Shown in pieces: positions 20,760 through 31,580 of a stretch of DNA of 64,000 bases. The notes below the pieces were generated by a model that was given only the letters and a program-made list of their open reading frames with translations, did no database searches and was not told the DNA's origin. Location: contig CAWHCF010000020.1 of assembly GCA_963827655.1 (NCBI GenBank), positions 64,001-128,000 on the forward strand, written 5' to 3'. Origin of the DNA: an uncultured Acidobacteriota bacterium (GTDB lineage Bacteria > Acidobacteriota > UBA6911). Position 1 is the stretch's first letter. Every line of letters begins with the position of its first letter. Position numbers and translations under genes: made by a program.

Positions 20760-21743
20760 TCACGGCACTGACGACGCTGAAGATTGCTGCGTTCGGACGG
20801 CTTCGTTTTCGTATTCTCGTTGGAGCTGGTCAATCCTGGCTTGCTGCGCATCGCCGCGATGGATGACCAGTCGATAGCGAAGCACCAGCGGCTTCTCACG
20901 GGAGAGAAGAACCGGAGCGCGGCCGGGGTAAACCGGATTCTGCATGCTCTTGCTCTTTCGCAGTATCCATCGCTGCGGGAATCCCGGCACAGAGGGATGT
21001 GTGAGAATCGCCACGCCGCTCACCTTGCCGGCTCTGAAAGGAACCGGAGAAGTCGAGCCATGGCCCGGCATCGACCGACAGGATCTGGGCCTCGACGGCG
21101 CCGTTACGCCCCACGATGCGGATGTCTTCCGGGAGCCGGATTCGGGGCGAGAAGCCTCCATAGCCCTTGTCGTCTTCAGACCCGCCGATCCGGAGGTCGT
21201 TTTCCAGAGCCAGAAGATTGATCTCGAAATCGATCTTGCGCTTTCCCTCTGAGGCTCGATGGACCCGAATGGTAGTCGTTTCTCTGACCAGCGGTTTTTG
21301 CGATCCCGCGGCATCGACCCAGAGAGGCGACTTCCACAAGACGACAAGCTTGAGCGCGCTGGATGAAGAGTCCACTGGAGACGCCTTTGCCTCCCGCACA
21401 TCCCAGGAAAAGTCCTTCGCCATCCAGGGATCGCCCACCTTCTTTCCACCGACGCTTATCTGGTGCCACGCCCAGAAGATTCCGCGATGATGGAGGTGAT
21501 CGGCCGGGAAATCCTCGGTCAGGAGCTCACCGTCCAGGCCATAAAGCGGATGAATGTAGTTGGCGCGCTCGAACTGCCCGTCGCGCGACTTCGGTTTGCG
21601 CTGGTAAAACAATACCTCCTTGCCATCCTCCACAAGGAGGAAGCCCTCATCCTTTTCGAGAAAACCTTCCTTCTGGGCGGAAGAGGGAGCAGCCGTTAGC
21701 AAGCAAAGCCCCAGCAATAACGGCGACGCTGATGGAATTTCAT
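20760..21743 (-). CDS. DUF6807 (PmoA-like annotated) secreted protein, split by indels
   Basis: RANYIHPLYGLDGELLTEDFPADHLHHRGIFWAW, KGYGGFSPR, then ILTHPS...PLVLRYRLVIH in a second frame. Start uncertain (21743-21762). Confidence 0.75.
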
Positions 21744-21766
21744 GGGCCCATTCTCCAGACACGCCC

Positions 21767-21877
21767 GGCTGCGGCCCAAGGCTTCTTCGTGTCGCTCCTC
21801 AGTACCGCACCGGGTACGCATCGTCGCTCGCGCTCGCCAGCGGCCTGCAGAGAATGCGAACTTATTCTGCGGAACCC
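21767..21877. mobile_element. Degenerate partial copy of MITE family A
   Basis: gctcctcagtaccgcaccgggtacgcatcgtcgctcg...cctgcagagaatgcgaacttattctgcggaaccc matches ~7570-7668. Confidence 0.65.
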
Positions 21878-21965
21878 TTGCGTCTTGGTGGTGGCTTTTC
21901 CATTTGGCTTGACGGGTCCCGAAGCGCATCGGCAAAATGGCAGGCTTAATGAAGGAGCCACACGC

Positions 21966-24900
21966 TTGAAGAATTTGACGAGCATCGCCCTGGCGTGGAT
22001 CGCGCTTGCCGGCCCTCTCGCTGCGCAAACCGAGTACCACTTCGACTTCGGTCCCCCGGACTCGCCTGTCGCGGCCGGCTTCACCGGCGTGCATGCGGGC
22101 GTAACCTATTCACCGGGGAAACGCTACGGCTGGTCGGCCGGCATGCCCGTGGACTATACCGCTCCCAAGCCGGCGCTCAACAGGAGAAGGTGGTACCACT
22201 TCGATCCGCATTTCTTTTACGACGAGATGGCGAGCGACCTTCGAATGGACGGCGTCGAAAGCGACGGATCGCTGTCATTCAAAGTGGATGTGCCGGCAGG
22301 CCGGTATCGCGTGATCGTCACTGCCGGCCATCTGAACGAAGCCCGTTACGGAATCGACATCACCGCCAACGGAAAGCTCGTGGCAAAGAAAGTTGACGCC
22401 CGCCACTGGCTCTCGTCGGAGCGCGGCAGGTTGCACAATGCCTCGGGGTACTACAAGCGGGTAAGATTTTCGGTCGATGTCGGCGGCGCGGGATTGACTC
22501 TCGACTTCAGCGGCGACGATGCTGAGTATCGGCGTCTACTCGAGATCGAGAAGGCGAAGAGTCCCGACCAGTGGCCCAAATCACGATTCAGGAAAGACTC
22601 GCTGCCGGCGGAACACTTGCCCTTCTATGACATCGGGGGTCCGTTCACGAAGGTCAGCCTCATGGGTGTCGAGGTCTACCCGGAAAAGGAGATGCCACTG
22701 CGGATGGATGGCGCGTCGCTGAAGCTGTCGGCCGCCGGTGCCGCCGCAGGAAACCAGGCTCTTCAAAAGGCGATCGCGGCTTTCAATTCCGGTGAATTCA
22801 AGAAAGCAGAACTGGACTTTCTCGCGCTTTCCGATCCGCTGCTCACGGGCATCGGACTCCTGGCGCTGGCGGGCCGGCCCGATTACGAGAATGAGCTGGA
22901 GAACGCTGGTGCAGCCGTCGCCGCCTTGAAAAAGGCTGTCGCCTCGGGGAACGCCGGCCCCAACGTGAAGGAACTGCTCGACAGCGCCGAAATATTTCTC
23001 AACGGCCTCCTGCACTTCAGGGACCGCGCGGTGCCGCCGAATAATGGTCTCCGCTCGACCTGGCGCGCCATAGCCGAATTCGACCAGATACAACCGGACG
23101 ATTGGATGTACTACAAGAGCCTGGTGCTGCAAGCCCGTTACATGATCATGCTCGATCCCCATCATTGGGCCTGGCATGCTCAGGAAGGAAAAAGCAAACT
23201 CCGCGTTGTCGAAGCTCGATTCCCGCAAAATCGATTTGTTCGATTCCACCTTCACGGTGACGTCATGGATTGGCCCGACTGGAAGTCGCCCGACTATCAG
23301 GCCAGGACCAAGGGGGCGCCCACCTGGGCGGCGAACGTCCATGCAGCGTACAACCGCGAAGTCGACCTGGCCGAATGGTGGATCAAAAACCGGCAACAGT
23401 CGGATGGCTCGCTGGGAGGCGGTTGGGGCGACGACGTCGAGATTCTGCGTGTATTCGGCGCATTCGTGGGAATCTGTCCCGATGCGAGCCCCCTGGTGAT
23501 GGAGGGCGTGCGCAAGGTCGCGGACGGGGCCTGGCTCAGCGGAGGGATCGACACCGAGGCAGGATACTTCGCCGAGGTCGGAGATACGGAGCATACCGGG
23601 GAATGGACGGCCGACACGCTGGTCGCCATGATCCGTACCGATTATGGCAACCCGCTCTACATCGAGCGGGCGCTACGGACCGGAAAGCTGATGCGGGACC
23701 TGTGGATGGATCGCAACGAAAAGGGACATTACCTCATGCGGTCGAATTTTCTTGGAGCGACGGGCGTAGGAGGCGATGGAACGGAGAATGACTCATCGAT
23801 CAACTACCGGCCTGCATCCCCGGCGCGAGCGGTTCTCTGGTACAACAACCTGCCGGCGCTCAAGCAGATGTTTCTTGATTGGGCCGACGCATGGCTGGCG
23901 GCGGCGATGTCGACCGAGAAAGGGAAACCGCGCGGAATCCTGCCGGAAGAGATCGGCTTCGCCAGAAGCGAGATCGGCGGGACGAACGCGCCCGCGTGGT
24001 ATCGCGCCGAACACCGTCCCGGGACGGTCAACTCGGACTGGCAGGGAAGCGCCGGATATCACGACCACACCGTCGATCTGCTCGTTTTCGCTCACAAGGC
24101 GACCGGCCAGGTGAAGTACCTGGAACCGATGAAGCTCGAAGCTGATTTCGTCGAGCGTCATTGTCCCAAGGAGATTCTCGCTTCCGAAGAGGCGAAGCAA
24201 GGACGGGTCACCGCCAATCTGTGGAAGGATCTGGCAGAGGGAAGCAAGGAATGGATAGCCGCTCGGCTGGCGGCGTGGCCGAAAAAATGGGACGCGATGC
24301 GGCGCGTGCTTTTTCCGGAGCAATTCCCGGAACAGGCGCAGTTGACGACGCTCGATGAGGTGGAAGAACAAACGCGAAACGAGATTGAGTCGGCCGCCAG
24401 GGAGTGGCCGCTGGTGACATCAGAATGCATCGCCACGGATCGTGTCCACTGGCTGGGCATGGGGAATGCCTTCAAGATCATGACCGGCTACGGCGTCTCG
24501 GGCCAGGTGCCGGCTGTGACGTATCGCGGCTTTGGACGCGATTTTGCCGCTGCCGTACTCAAGGTCGATGCCGCGAATTTGAAAGCCATCGTGTACAGCG
24601 TGTCCGCGGAGCCGAAAGAGGCCGCCATTGTGCCCTGGATACTCGACCTGGGCGCCCGATACGACCTCAAGGCGGGTCCGGACAACGACGGTGACGGACG
24701 GATGGATCACGCGGCCGAGCAGCGCGCCGTGCTGCTCCAGCATCGGGGGCAGGGTGTGCTGCTCCGCTTTCCAGGGCGCACCTCTTACGTGGTCGAACTG
24801 AAGAAGCTCGCAGATCATAAGAGTCAGGAACTCTATCCTGATCTTGGCTTGTCTCAGGAAGACATTCAGTTTGTTCCCGAGTATCGGCGCGTCGATGTGA

Positions 24901-25190
24901 CGGTTCACAACATCGGCGGTGCTGCGGCTCGCAACGTGATGGTCGTCCTGTCGGACGGAGAGAAGGAGGTCGGGCGGCAGAGGATCCCGAACATCGAGGC
25001 GCCGTTGGATCTCGACGCCAAGTGGGTGCGAATTGGCTTTCCATTTACACCCAGCCGCGACCGTCATGAGTTTACGGCCATCTTGGATCCCGACGGCCTG
25101 GTCGAAGAAATCAACGAGTCGAACAACAAAGCCGTCGCCGCGCGCTCCACCCCTCGGTCCCGGTCAAGCGGCACGCAAGTCCCTGAGTAG
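21966..25190 (+). CDS. Large secreted protein: galactose-binding-like N-domain, helical GGGWGDDVE core, C-terminal CARDB-like domain (paralog 1)
   Basis: GAAGGAG RBS + TTG 21966; signal peptide; YHFDFGPPDSPVAAGF, VTVHNIGGAAA, LDPDGLVEEINESNN. Confidence 0.8.
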   Translation: MKNLTSIALAWIALAGPLAAQTEYHFDFGPPDSPVAAGFTGVHAGVTYSPGKRYGWSAGMPVDYTAPKPALNRRRWYHFDPHFFYDEMASDLRMDGVESDGSLSFKVDVPAGRYRVIVTAGHLNEARYGIDITANGKLVAKKVDARHWLSSERGRLHNASGYYKRVRFSVDVGGAGLTLDFSGDDAEYRRLLEIEKAKSPDQWPKSRFRKDSLPAEHLPFYDIGGPFTKVSLMGVEVYPEKEMPLRMDGASLKLSAAGAAAGNQALQKAIAAFNSGEFKKAELDFLALSDPLLTGIGLLALAGRPDYENELENAGAAVAALKKAVASGNAGPNVKELLDSAEIFLNGLLHFRDRAVPPNNGLRSTWRAIAEFDQIQPDDWMYYKSLVLQARYMIMLDPHHWAWHAQEGKSKLRVVEARFPQNRFVRFHLHGDVMDWPDWKSPDYQARTKGAPTWAANVHAAYNREVDLAEWWIKNRQQSDGSLGGGWGDDVEILRVFGAFVGICPDASPLVMEGVRKVADGAWLSGGIDTEAGYFAEVGDTEHTGEWTADTLVAMIRTDYGNPLYIERALRTGKLMRDLWMDRNEKGHYLMRSNFLGATGVGGDGTENDSSINYRPASPARAVLWYNNLPALKQMFLDWADAWLAAAMSTEKGKPRGILPEEIGFARSEIGGTNAPAWYRAEHRPGTVNSDWQGSAGYHDHTVDLLVFAHKATGQVKYLEPMKLEADFVERHCPKEILASEEAKQGRVTANLWKDLAEGSKEWIAARLAAWPKKWDAMRRVLFPEQFPEQAQLTTLDEVEEQTRNEIESAAREWPLVTSECIATDRVHWLGMGNAFKIMTGYGVSGQVPAVTYRGFGRDFAAAVLKVDAANLKAIVYSVSAEPKEAAIVPWILDLGARYDLKAGPDNDGDGRMDHAAEQRAVLLQHRGQGVLLRFPGRTSYVVELKKLADHKSQELYPDLGLSQEDIQFVPEYRRVDVTVHNIGGAAARNVMVVLSDGEKEVGRQRIPNIEAPLDLDAKWVRIGFPFTPSRDRHEFTAILDPDGLVEEINESNNKAVAARSTPRSRSSGTQVPE

Positions 25191-25565
25191 AGGCGTTCGC
25201 AATTACGGTAACGTATTGGAATGCGGAAAGCCTGGACTCTGGCGATTCCGTGGCGCGGCAGCAAGCTGCCGCAGCACAAGGCGCAAGCCGAGGTTACGCT
25301 GCGTCGCGCCCTGAAAGGGCGAAGGAAATTAGCCGGGGGTGAGCGAAGCGCTGCCCCCGGTTGACACGAGCAAAGAGACGCGCCCCGGAGGGGCGCGGGG
25401 CGCGGCCCTCAATGCTCCTGCGCCCCTTCAGGGCGCGTGGACATAATCCCGCAAACCCCGGGCTGCGCTTCGCTTGCCCGGGGCTAATTTCCGTCGCCCC
25501 TCCGGGGCGGTTAGCGCACTCAAAAGCCACCGGGACTACGTTACAGTATTTGTGAAACCGCGTAC
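25187..25565. mobile_element. MITE family B copy carrying a REP-like doublet
   Basis: TGA|GTAGAGGCGTTCGCAATTACGGTAACGTA ... TACGTTACAGTATTTGTGAAACCGCGTAC|TAA; internal CGCCCTGAAAGGGCG...CGCCCCTTCAGGGCG...CGCCCCTCCGGGGCG hairpins. Confidence 0.65.
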
Positions 25566-25579
25566 TAAGCACGGCGTTA

Positions 25580-25633
25580 GTCTCTTTGTGGCCGTGCAGC
25601 GGACCACCAAGACACGAAGACTCGAAGAAACGC
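25580..25633. repeat. 9-bp-period motif (partial inverted pair)
   Basis: gtctctttgtgg...accaccaagacacgaagactcgaagaaacgc. Confidence 0.7.
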
Positions 25634-25646
25634 TAATGCATCTGTA

Positions 25647-28600
25647 ATGGAGGAACATGCTCAGTATCGCTCGAGCTATGAGGTCTTTACCGCCTGGGGG
25701 TTGATTTCAGTTGCTCCCGGGCCGGCCAGCGCCGCCCAGGCAGCGTCGTGGCGTTTTGACTGCGGGGCGGAGGACTCACCGGTTGCGCGGGGATATCGAC
25801 CCCTGACGCCCAGACATCGCTACAGCAAAGAATCGGGATTCGGCTGGGAGAAGGGGAAGCCGTCCGGTCGCGTGGTTCGAGACCTGCCTGATCTGAAACG
25901 ATTCATGCTCTATCCGTACATGATGGAGAACCTGAATGATCTGAATCGGGATTCGATCATCAGCGAAGAGGACCTGACTTTCCGCGTGGATGTTCCCAAG
26001 GGCCGGTATCGAGTGACCGTGATGCTGGGTGACATGTCGCAAGCGCTCGGCTCCATCGACGTTGCGGTCAACGGCCAGGCGGCGGCCGATCACGTCTCGG
26101 CCTGGACGCCCGGCACCAGGGGGCCGGGGAATCACCGCCGGTTGCTGATGGACCCGTATGGCTGGTGGACTCGCGTGCGCCACACGGTCACGGCTCATGA
26201 CGGATACATTCGAATCGAGTTGAAAAAAAACCAGAGCTACTACGACCGGATGCTCGCCTCGCAAGAAAATCATGAAGAGCAATGGGACAAGGATTGGCGC
26301 AGGCATTACCAGCGGGTCGGAGTAACGTCTCCCCCCTATTTTTTCATTGGTTGGCCGTTCGTTCGACACAGCGTCATGGCCATCGAAGTTGTTCCACATA
26401 GGCCGGCGCCTGTAGTGGGCCGCAACGATCGGCTGGAACTCGCGCGTCCGGTTCAGTCACCTGGGCTCACCGAAGCAATCGAGGCTTTCAACCGGGGCGA
26501 TTACAATCGAGCGCACCAGGCCCTGCAGCGCGCGAAGGAGCCCGAGGCGCGGGTCGCGCGAAGCATCGTGCTGCTGTGGCTTGCGGGACGTCTCGAAGTC
26601 GAAAGGGAAAAGGGGCTGGTCTCGGAAGCGCTGGCAACGCTGCGGGAATATGTGAAAGCCCGCCCCTCCGAGAACAGCGTGGCAGAGATCGAGTCTGACG
26701 CCGAGATTTTCGAGAGAGCGCTGCGTCTCCATTTGACTCGCGGGGATGTGGGCAAGAATCACTTCCTGGAAAACATCAAGGCGATCGGCTGGTGGTGGCT
26801 GATCTCAGAGGAATCGCCGCTCTATTATAAATCGCAGCTCTACATCGCCCGCGCGGCGCACATGCTGATCCCTTATTTCCCGACCCGCGGAACCGAGCGG
26901 GAGATCTTCAGGAAGCTGGAGAAGAGATTCCCGGGCAACCGCTACGTGAAGTATCACCTGAATTACGCCTGGGAGCCTCACGGCGACGGGAGCCGGTTCG
27001 AAGACTGGCACATGACAGACTACGGCGCGAAAGTCAAAGACTCGCCCGAGTGGGTGCGCGAGCTCTATCCCGCGTTCGCGGGCCTGGTCGATCTTTCCGA
27101 GTGGTGGTTCAAATATCGGATGGGCTCAGAGGGCGCGCTGGGCGGCGGCTGGGGCGATGACGTCGAAATCATCCCGGTATTCGCGTACATGGGATACGCC
27201 AGCCGGGACGTGTCGAGCATTCTCCTTCCGGGCCTGCGAAAGTTCATGGATGGGCTCTGGCAGTTCTCCGAAGTCGATCCGGACCTCGGTTTCTGCCTGC
27301 CGCTGTCGGACGCGGAGCACGTAGCCGAATGGACCGGCAACACCCTGGGTATGATGGTTCAGATCGACTACGGGAACCCGCAGTGGATCGAACGCAGCAT
27401 GAAGACCGCCAAGCTGATGCGCGACTACTGGACCGCGCCGAATAACAATGGTCACCGCCATTTTCGCGCCAACTACTTTGGCGCCACCCAGGTCGGGAGC
27501 GGCGAACAGATGAACGACTCGTGGATCAACTACCGGGCCATTCGTCCGGCAGCCGCGGTCCGCTGGTACAACCAGAATCCGGCCGTATCCCGGCTGTACG
27601 TTGAACTGGCCGATGCCTGGGGGGCGGCGGCGATGGCCACTGAAAGGGGCAAACCCAAAGGGGTCATTCCGGCGGAAATCTCGTTCCCCGACGGAATCAT
27701 CGGCGGGACTAACTCGCCCAACTGGTATACGGCGAGTCACGGCCCGGAGACAGGCAATGAGGATTGGGTTAACGGGAGCGAAGCCTACAAGGGGTATGTG
27801 TACGACCTGTTTTTCAACGCTCACGGTCAGACAGGCGATCCCAAGTATTTCGAGCCGATGAGGCTCGAATACGAGCTGGCCGCCCGTTACAACAATGTTT
27901 CCGCGTTGCGGACGGGAGCGCGGCTGCAGTCCACGCCGTCCGACGCGGGGCGCGACGCCGGAATGGCGGCGGCGAAGCCCGGCAAGCCCGATTCGCCCTC
28001 CGAAGTCGGGAGCGAACGGTGGGTTGGAGAGAATCTGAAAGGCGCCAGTGAATGGCTCGTTGCCAGACGCATGGTGGAAGGGCGAAAGGGAAAGCTGGAA
28101 GACGACCTGTCCAAAGACGACATCATCCGGAAGGCGCGCTGGGCGAGCAAGGAACTGCGTGAACGCTGGCCGCTCATGACCACAGAGGCCGGACCGACCG
28201 ATCGAGTCGCCTTTGCCGGATGCGTCAATCCGTTCTTGATTTACACCGGAGGCAGAATCGGAGGCCCCTCCCTGGAAGCCGCCGTGACCTACGGGAACAC
28301 GACCAAGGACTTTGCCGCGGCGGTGCTGGCCACCGACGCTCAGGGCTTCCGCCTCCTTTACCACAGCCTGGCATCGGGAGCGCGGGAAATCGAGATTTAC
28401 CCCTGGCACCTGGAGCCGGCCGGCAAGTACATCCTGCGTTACGGTCCTGACTCAAACGAAGACGCGGTCATGGATCTTCGAACCGAGGAGCGCAAGTTTG
28501 ATTTCCCTCAGGTGGGGACGCCGTTCCGAATCCGGGTCGACTCTCGTACAACGTATGTGGTCGAGGTCGAACAGATCGAGCGGGGCCGGCGAACGCGTCT

Positions 28601-28982
28601 GGTGGCCGATCCGGGGCTATCATCGGATGACATCCGTTATGATGAGAGGTGGGGCCTTCTCCTGGCCCGCATTCACAATGTGGGCTCGGAACGGGTTCGC
28701 GACCTGGAAGTGGTGGCATTCGACGGCGATCCGAAGGCCGGCGGGATGAGAATCGGGATGCAAAGTATTCCGAATATCGAAGCGCCCAATGACCTCGAAC
28801 CCAGGACCGTGACCGTAGGGTTTTCGTGGCGGCCGACGAAGAAGATTCACGAGATCTATATCCTGGTAGACCCCGAGGATAAAATAAAAGACGAAATCAC
28901 GACTCTTAACAATGTGGTCTCCAGGAGACTCGAACTCGACCCGAGCCGGCTCATCTTTGAATTCCGCGGAGGAACTGAATAG
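25647..28982 (+). CDS. Large secreted GGGWGDDVE/CARDB-like protein (paralog 2)
   Basis: Collinear with 21966-25190: WRFDCGAEDSPVARGY, GALGGGWGDDVE, DYGNP, NDSWINYR, TERGKPKG, DFAAAVL, IHNVGS, IPNIEAP. True start may be ATG 25658 with an indel. Confidence 0.8.
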   Translation: MEEHAQYRSSYEVFTAWGLISVAPGPASAAQAASWRFDCGAEDSPVARGYRPLTPRHRYSKESGFGWEKGKPSGRVVRDLPDLKRFMLYPYMMENLNDLNRDSIISEEDLTFRVDVPKGRYRVTVMLGDMSQALGSIDVAVNGQAAADHVSAWTPGTRGPGNHRRLLMDPYGWWTRVRHTVTAHDGYIRIELKKNQSYYDRMLASQENHEEQWDKDWRRHYQRVGVTSPPYFFIGWPFVRHSVMAIEVVPHRPAPVVGRNDRLELARPVQSPGLTEAIEAFNRGDYNRAHQALQRAKEPEARVARSIVLLWLAGRLEVEREKGLVSEALATLREYVKARPSENSVAEIESDAEIFERALRLHLTRGDVGKNHFLENIKAIGWWWLISEESPLYYKSQLYIARAAHMLIPYFPTRGTEREIFRKLEKRFPGNRYVKYHLNYAWEPHGDGSRFEDWHMTDYGAKVKDSPEWVRELYPAFAGLVDLSEWWFKYRMGSEGALGGGWGDDVEIIPVFAYMGYASRDVSSILLPGLRKFMDGLWQFSEVDPDLGFCLPLSDAEHVAEWTGNTLGMMVQIDYGNPQWIERSMKTAKLMRDYWTAPNNNGHRHFRANYFGATQVGSGEQMNDSWINYRAIRPAAAVRWYNQNPAVSRLYVELADAWGAAAMATERGKPKGVIPAEISFPDGIIGGTNSPNWYTASHGPETGNEDWVNGSEAYKGYVYDLFFNAHGQTGDPKYFEPMRLEYELAARYNNVSALRTGARLQSTPSDAGRDAGMAAAKPGKPDSPSEVGSERWVGENLKGASEWLVARRMVEGRKGKLEDDLSKDDIIRKARWASKELRERWPLMTTEAGPTDRVAFAGCVNPFLIYTGGRIGGPSLEAAVTYGNTTKDFAAAVLATDAQGFRLLYHSLASGAREIEIYPWHLEPAGKYILRYGPDSNEDAVMDLRTEERKFDFPQVGTPFRIRVDSRTTYVVEVEQIERGRRTRLVADPGLSSDDIRYDERWGLLLARIHNVGSERVRDLEVVAFDGDPKAGGMRIGMQSIPNIEAPNDLEPRTVTVGFSWRPTKKIHEIYILVDPEDKIKDEITTLNNVVSRRLELDPSRLIFEFRGGTE

Positions 28983-29322
28983 ACAAGAGGCGCGCTTGGA
29001 GTGCGACAGCACTCATTTGGTGTGCTGGACCCGGAAGTTGTTGATTCGATGTGCCGGCAGTCAAGCTGCCGCGACCAGCGCTCGCCCGGTTTGGCGAAGC
29101 TGCCTTGCCCGCCCGGCGGTAAAAGAAATGCCTATCACGACCACGTGCATGGGCTCGTGGTCGGCTGTTTGCCGTGTTCGAGATTCGGTGCGTGCCTGGA
29201 AATCAGCTATTTCTCACAGGATCGCGAAGCGCCGCGACGGCACTCCCCTTCATCCAGCAGAATTCGGTTGGCTTTGTTCGCGCGCTCGTAATAAATTTGG
29301 GGAAGGCAAGGAGGCTTGGGGC

Positions 29323-30174
29323 ATGACGATCCAGGGAGTGACCCGGCGGGAGATGATCAAATGGTCTGTGGCGGGAGCGCTGTGGAGGTCCATGCCTCTG
29401 GTTGCCCAGGAGAAGAAGATCCCGATCGGCGTGCAACTCTACTCGGTCCGAGATGACTGCGCAAAGGACTTCGACGCCGCGCTGAAGCAAATTGCGGAGA
29501 TGGGTTTCGAGGGCGTCGAATTTGCAGGTTACTACAAGTACAAGGACGACGCGGCGGGCCTGAAGAAGAAGCTCGACGAGCTGGGCCTGAAGGCCGCCGG
29601 GACTCACATCGGCGCCGCATCGTTCGAGGGCGACAGTCTGAAGCGGACCATCGAGTTCCACAAGACCATCGGGTGCAAGTTCCTCATAGTTCCCGGCGAA
29701 CGCCGTTTCACCGACCCTGAAAAAAGCAAGGAGTATGCGGAGTTGATGAACAAGACCGCCCAGGCGCTCAAGAACGAGGGAATGTTCTGCGGGCACCACA
29801 ACCACACGGCCGAGTTCAAGAAGGCCGACGACAAGACTTACTGGGATCTCTTCGGTGAGCGGACCAGCAAGGACGTGATTCTCCAGATGGACATCGGTTG
29901 GGTGAGGGCGGCAGGGCTCGATCCGGTCGATCTCATCAAGAAGTTTCCGGGGCGGATCAAGACGACCCACGTCAAGGCAAAACCGCCGAGTGGCCAGGGT
30001 AAGGCTTACATCGGCCAGGACGACTACGACTGGAAGCGCGTCCTCTCGGCCTGCTCCGGCATGGGCGGCACCGACTGGTTCCTGATCGAGCAGGAGGAGT
30101 ATCCTGAAGGCAAGACCCCCATGGAGTGTACTAAAATCTCGCTTGACGGCTTGAAGGCAATCTTGAAACGGTGA
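29323..30174 (+). CDS. Sugar phosphate isomerase/epimerase (xylose isomerase-like TIM barrel) with Tat-like signal
   Basis: TRREMIK, IGVQLYSVR, GVEFAGY, HHNHTAEF, QMDIGWV, HVK, IEQE. Confidence 0.88.
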   Translation: MTIQGVTRREMIKWSVAGALWRSMPLVAQEKKIPIGVQLYSVRDDCAKDFDAALKQIAEMGFEGVEFAGYYKYKDDAAGLKKKLDELGLKAAGTHIGAASFEGDSLKRTIEFHKTIGCKFLIVPGERRFTDPEKSKEYAELMNKTAQALKNEGMFCGHHNHTAEFKKADDKTYWDLFGERTSKDVILQMDIGWVRAAGLDPVDLIKKFPGRIKTTHVKAKPPSGQGKAYIGQDDYDWKRVLSACSGMGGTDWFLIEQEEYPEGKTPMECTKISLDGLKAILKR

Positions 30175-30202
30175 CAGCATTATTTCTTCGTGAGGTTAAC
30201 GA

Positions 30203-31532
30203 ATGAGCTCTCGCAGAACACGGATTCTTTGCGTTCTAGTTTTTGCCGGTGTTATTTTGACCGGACCACTGCGGGCGAACTGGCCCCAATGGCGCGGCCC
30301 GAATTCTAACGGCAGCACACAAACGGCGCGCGATCTTCCCGTGACCTGGACCGAGACACAGAACGTCCGGTGGCGCGCGAAGATGCCGAGTTGGAGCGCG
30401 GCCACGCCGATCGTGTGGGAAGACACGATCTTCGTCACTTCGGCCGAAGAAGGGTTTGTGCGCCTGGGCGGCGGCGGTAATCAGGGTCGCCCGGCCGGGA
30501 CGGGCCCCGACAAGGTCTTTCTAATCGCGGTAAACCGCAAAGACGGTTCCAGCCGCTGGCAAAGCCAGATCGACAGCGGCAATCAGCTCTTCCGCAAACA
30601 GAACTCGGCTTCTCCTTCGCCGATCACGGATGGCAAGAACGTCTGGATCATGACCGGCAACGGCAAGTTCGCCTGCTTCACGATGGACGGCAAAGAAGTC
30701 TGGAAGCGCGACATTCAGGCCGACTACGGGAAATTCGGCCTGAACCACGGCTACGCCTCGACTCCTCTGCTGCACGAAGGCCGGCTGTATGTCGAGGTCC
30801 TTCACGGCATGCTCACGGACGATCCGTCTTATGTCTTCGCAGTGGACAAGAACACCGGCAAGACCATCTGGAAGGTAGAGCGGCCCACCGACGCGCCGCG
30901 CGAATCGCCCGATAACTACGCAACGCCGCAACTCGCCACTGTGGGCGGCAAACTGCAGCTGGTCATTTCGGGTGCGGACTACGTTACCGGCCACGATCTG
31001 GACAGCGGCAAGGAGCTGTGGCGGATCGGAGGCTTCAACCCGACCAACAATCCTGCCAACCGAACCATCGCCTCTTCGGTGGTGATAGGCGGTAATGTCT
31101 TCACCACCAGCACGCGCGGCCGGCCTTTCATCGCGTTTTCGCGCCGGCGGTTCCGGCAACATCACCGGCAAGAACGAACTGTGGACCAACAATCTGGGCG
31201 CCGACGTGCCGACGCCGACCACGGACGGCAAGTACATTTACGTCCTGGTCGACAACGGAATCATGAATTGCCTGGAAGCCGCCACGGGCACGGTCGCGTA
31301 CCAGGGGCAACGAATCGAACTCGGAACTTACAGCTCCTCGCCGCTGCTTGCCGATGGCAAGATCTACTGCACCAGCGAAGAGGGCACGACAACGGTCGTG
31401 AAGGCCGGCCCGGCTTTCGAGATCCTAGGTGTCAGCAAACTCGACAGCCACACGCTGGCCAGCCCGGTGGCGGTGGACAACCAGATCTTCATCCGCACGG
31501 CGGATCACCTGTACTGCATCCAGAAGCAGTAG
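30203..31532 (+). CDS. PQQ-binding-like beta-propeller repeat protein (one indel near 31140)
   Basis: NWPQWRGP, SPSPITDG, ASTPLL, YSSSPLLADGKIY, ASPVAVDNQIFIRTADHLYCI. Confidence 0.88.
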
Positions 31533-31572
31533 CGCCTGGTTTTCCTGGTGTCTTCGCGTCTTCGTGGTTGGT
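31533..31572 (-). repeat. 9-bp-period motif copy
   Basis: ggtgtcttcgcgtcttcgtggtt. Confidence 0.65.
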
Positions 31573-31580
31573 TCAGTCCT

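Noticed and set aside
19053-20780. Integron cassette array or prophage around the TA island
   Set aside because: No integrase, no convincing attC (RYYYAAC...GTTRRRY) pairs and no phage genes.
20760-21743. Methane monooxygenase PmoA
   Set aside because: This is a soluble secreted family that is only nominally labelled PmoA-like; it has no TM helices and no pmoBC neighbours.
21363-21965. 200-aa N-terminal extension of the 1275-aa ORF
   Set aside because: It overlaps the opposite-strand DUF6807 gene and a MITE remnant; RBS and signal peptide place the start at 21966.
28912-29322. N-terminal extension of the sugar isomerase ORF
   Set aside because: Non-protein-like; GGAGG + ATG 29323 followed by a Tat-like signal is the better start.
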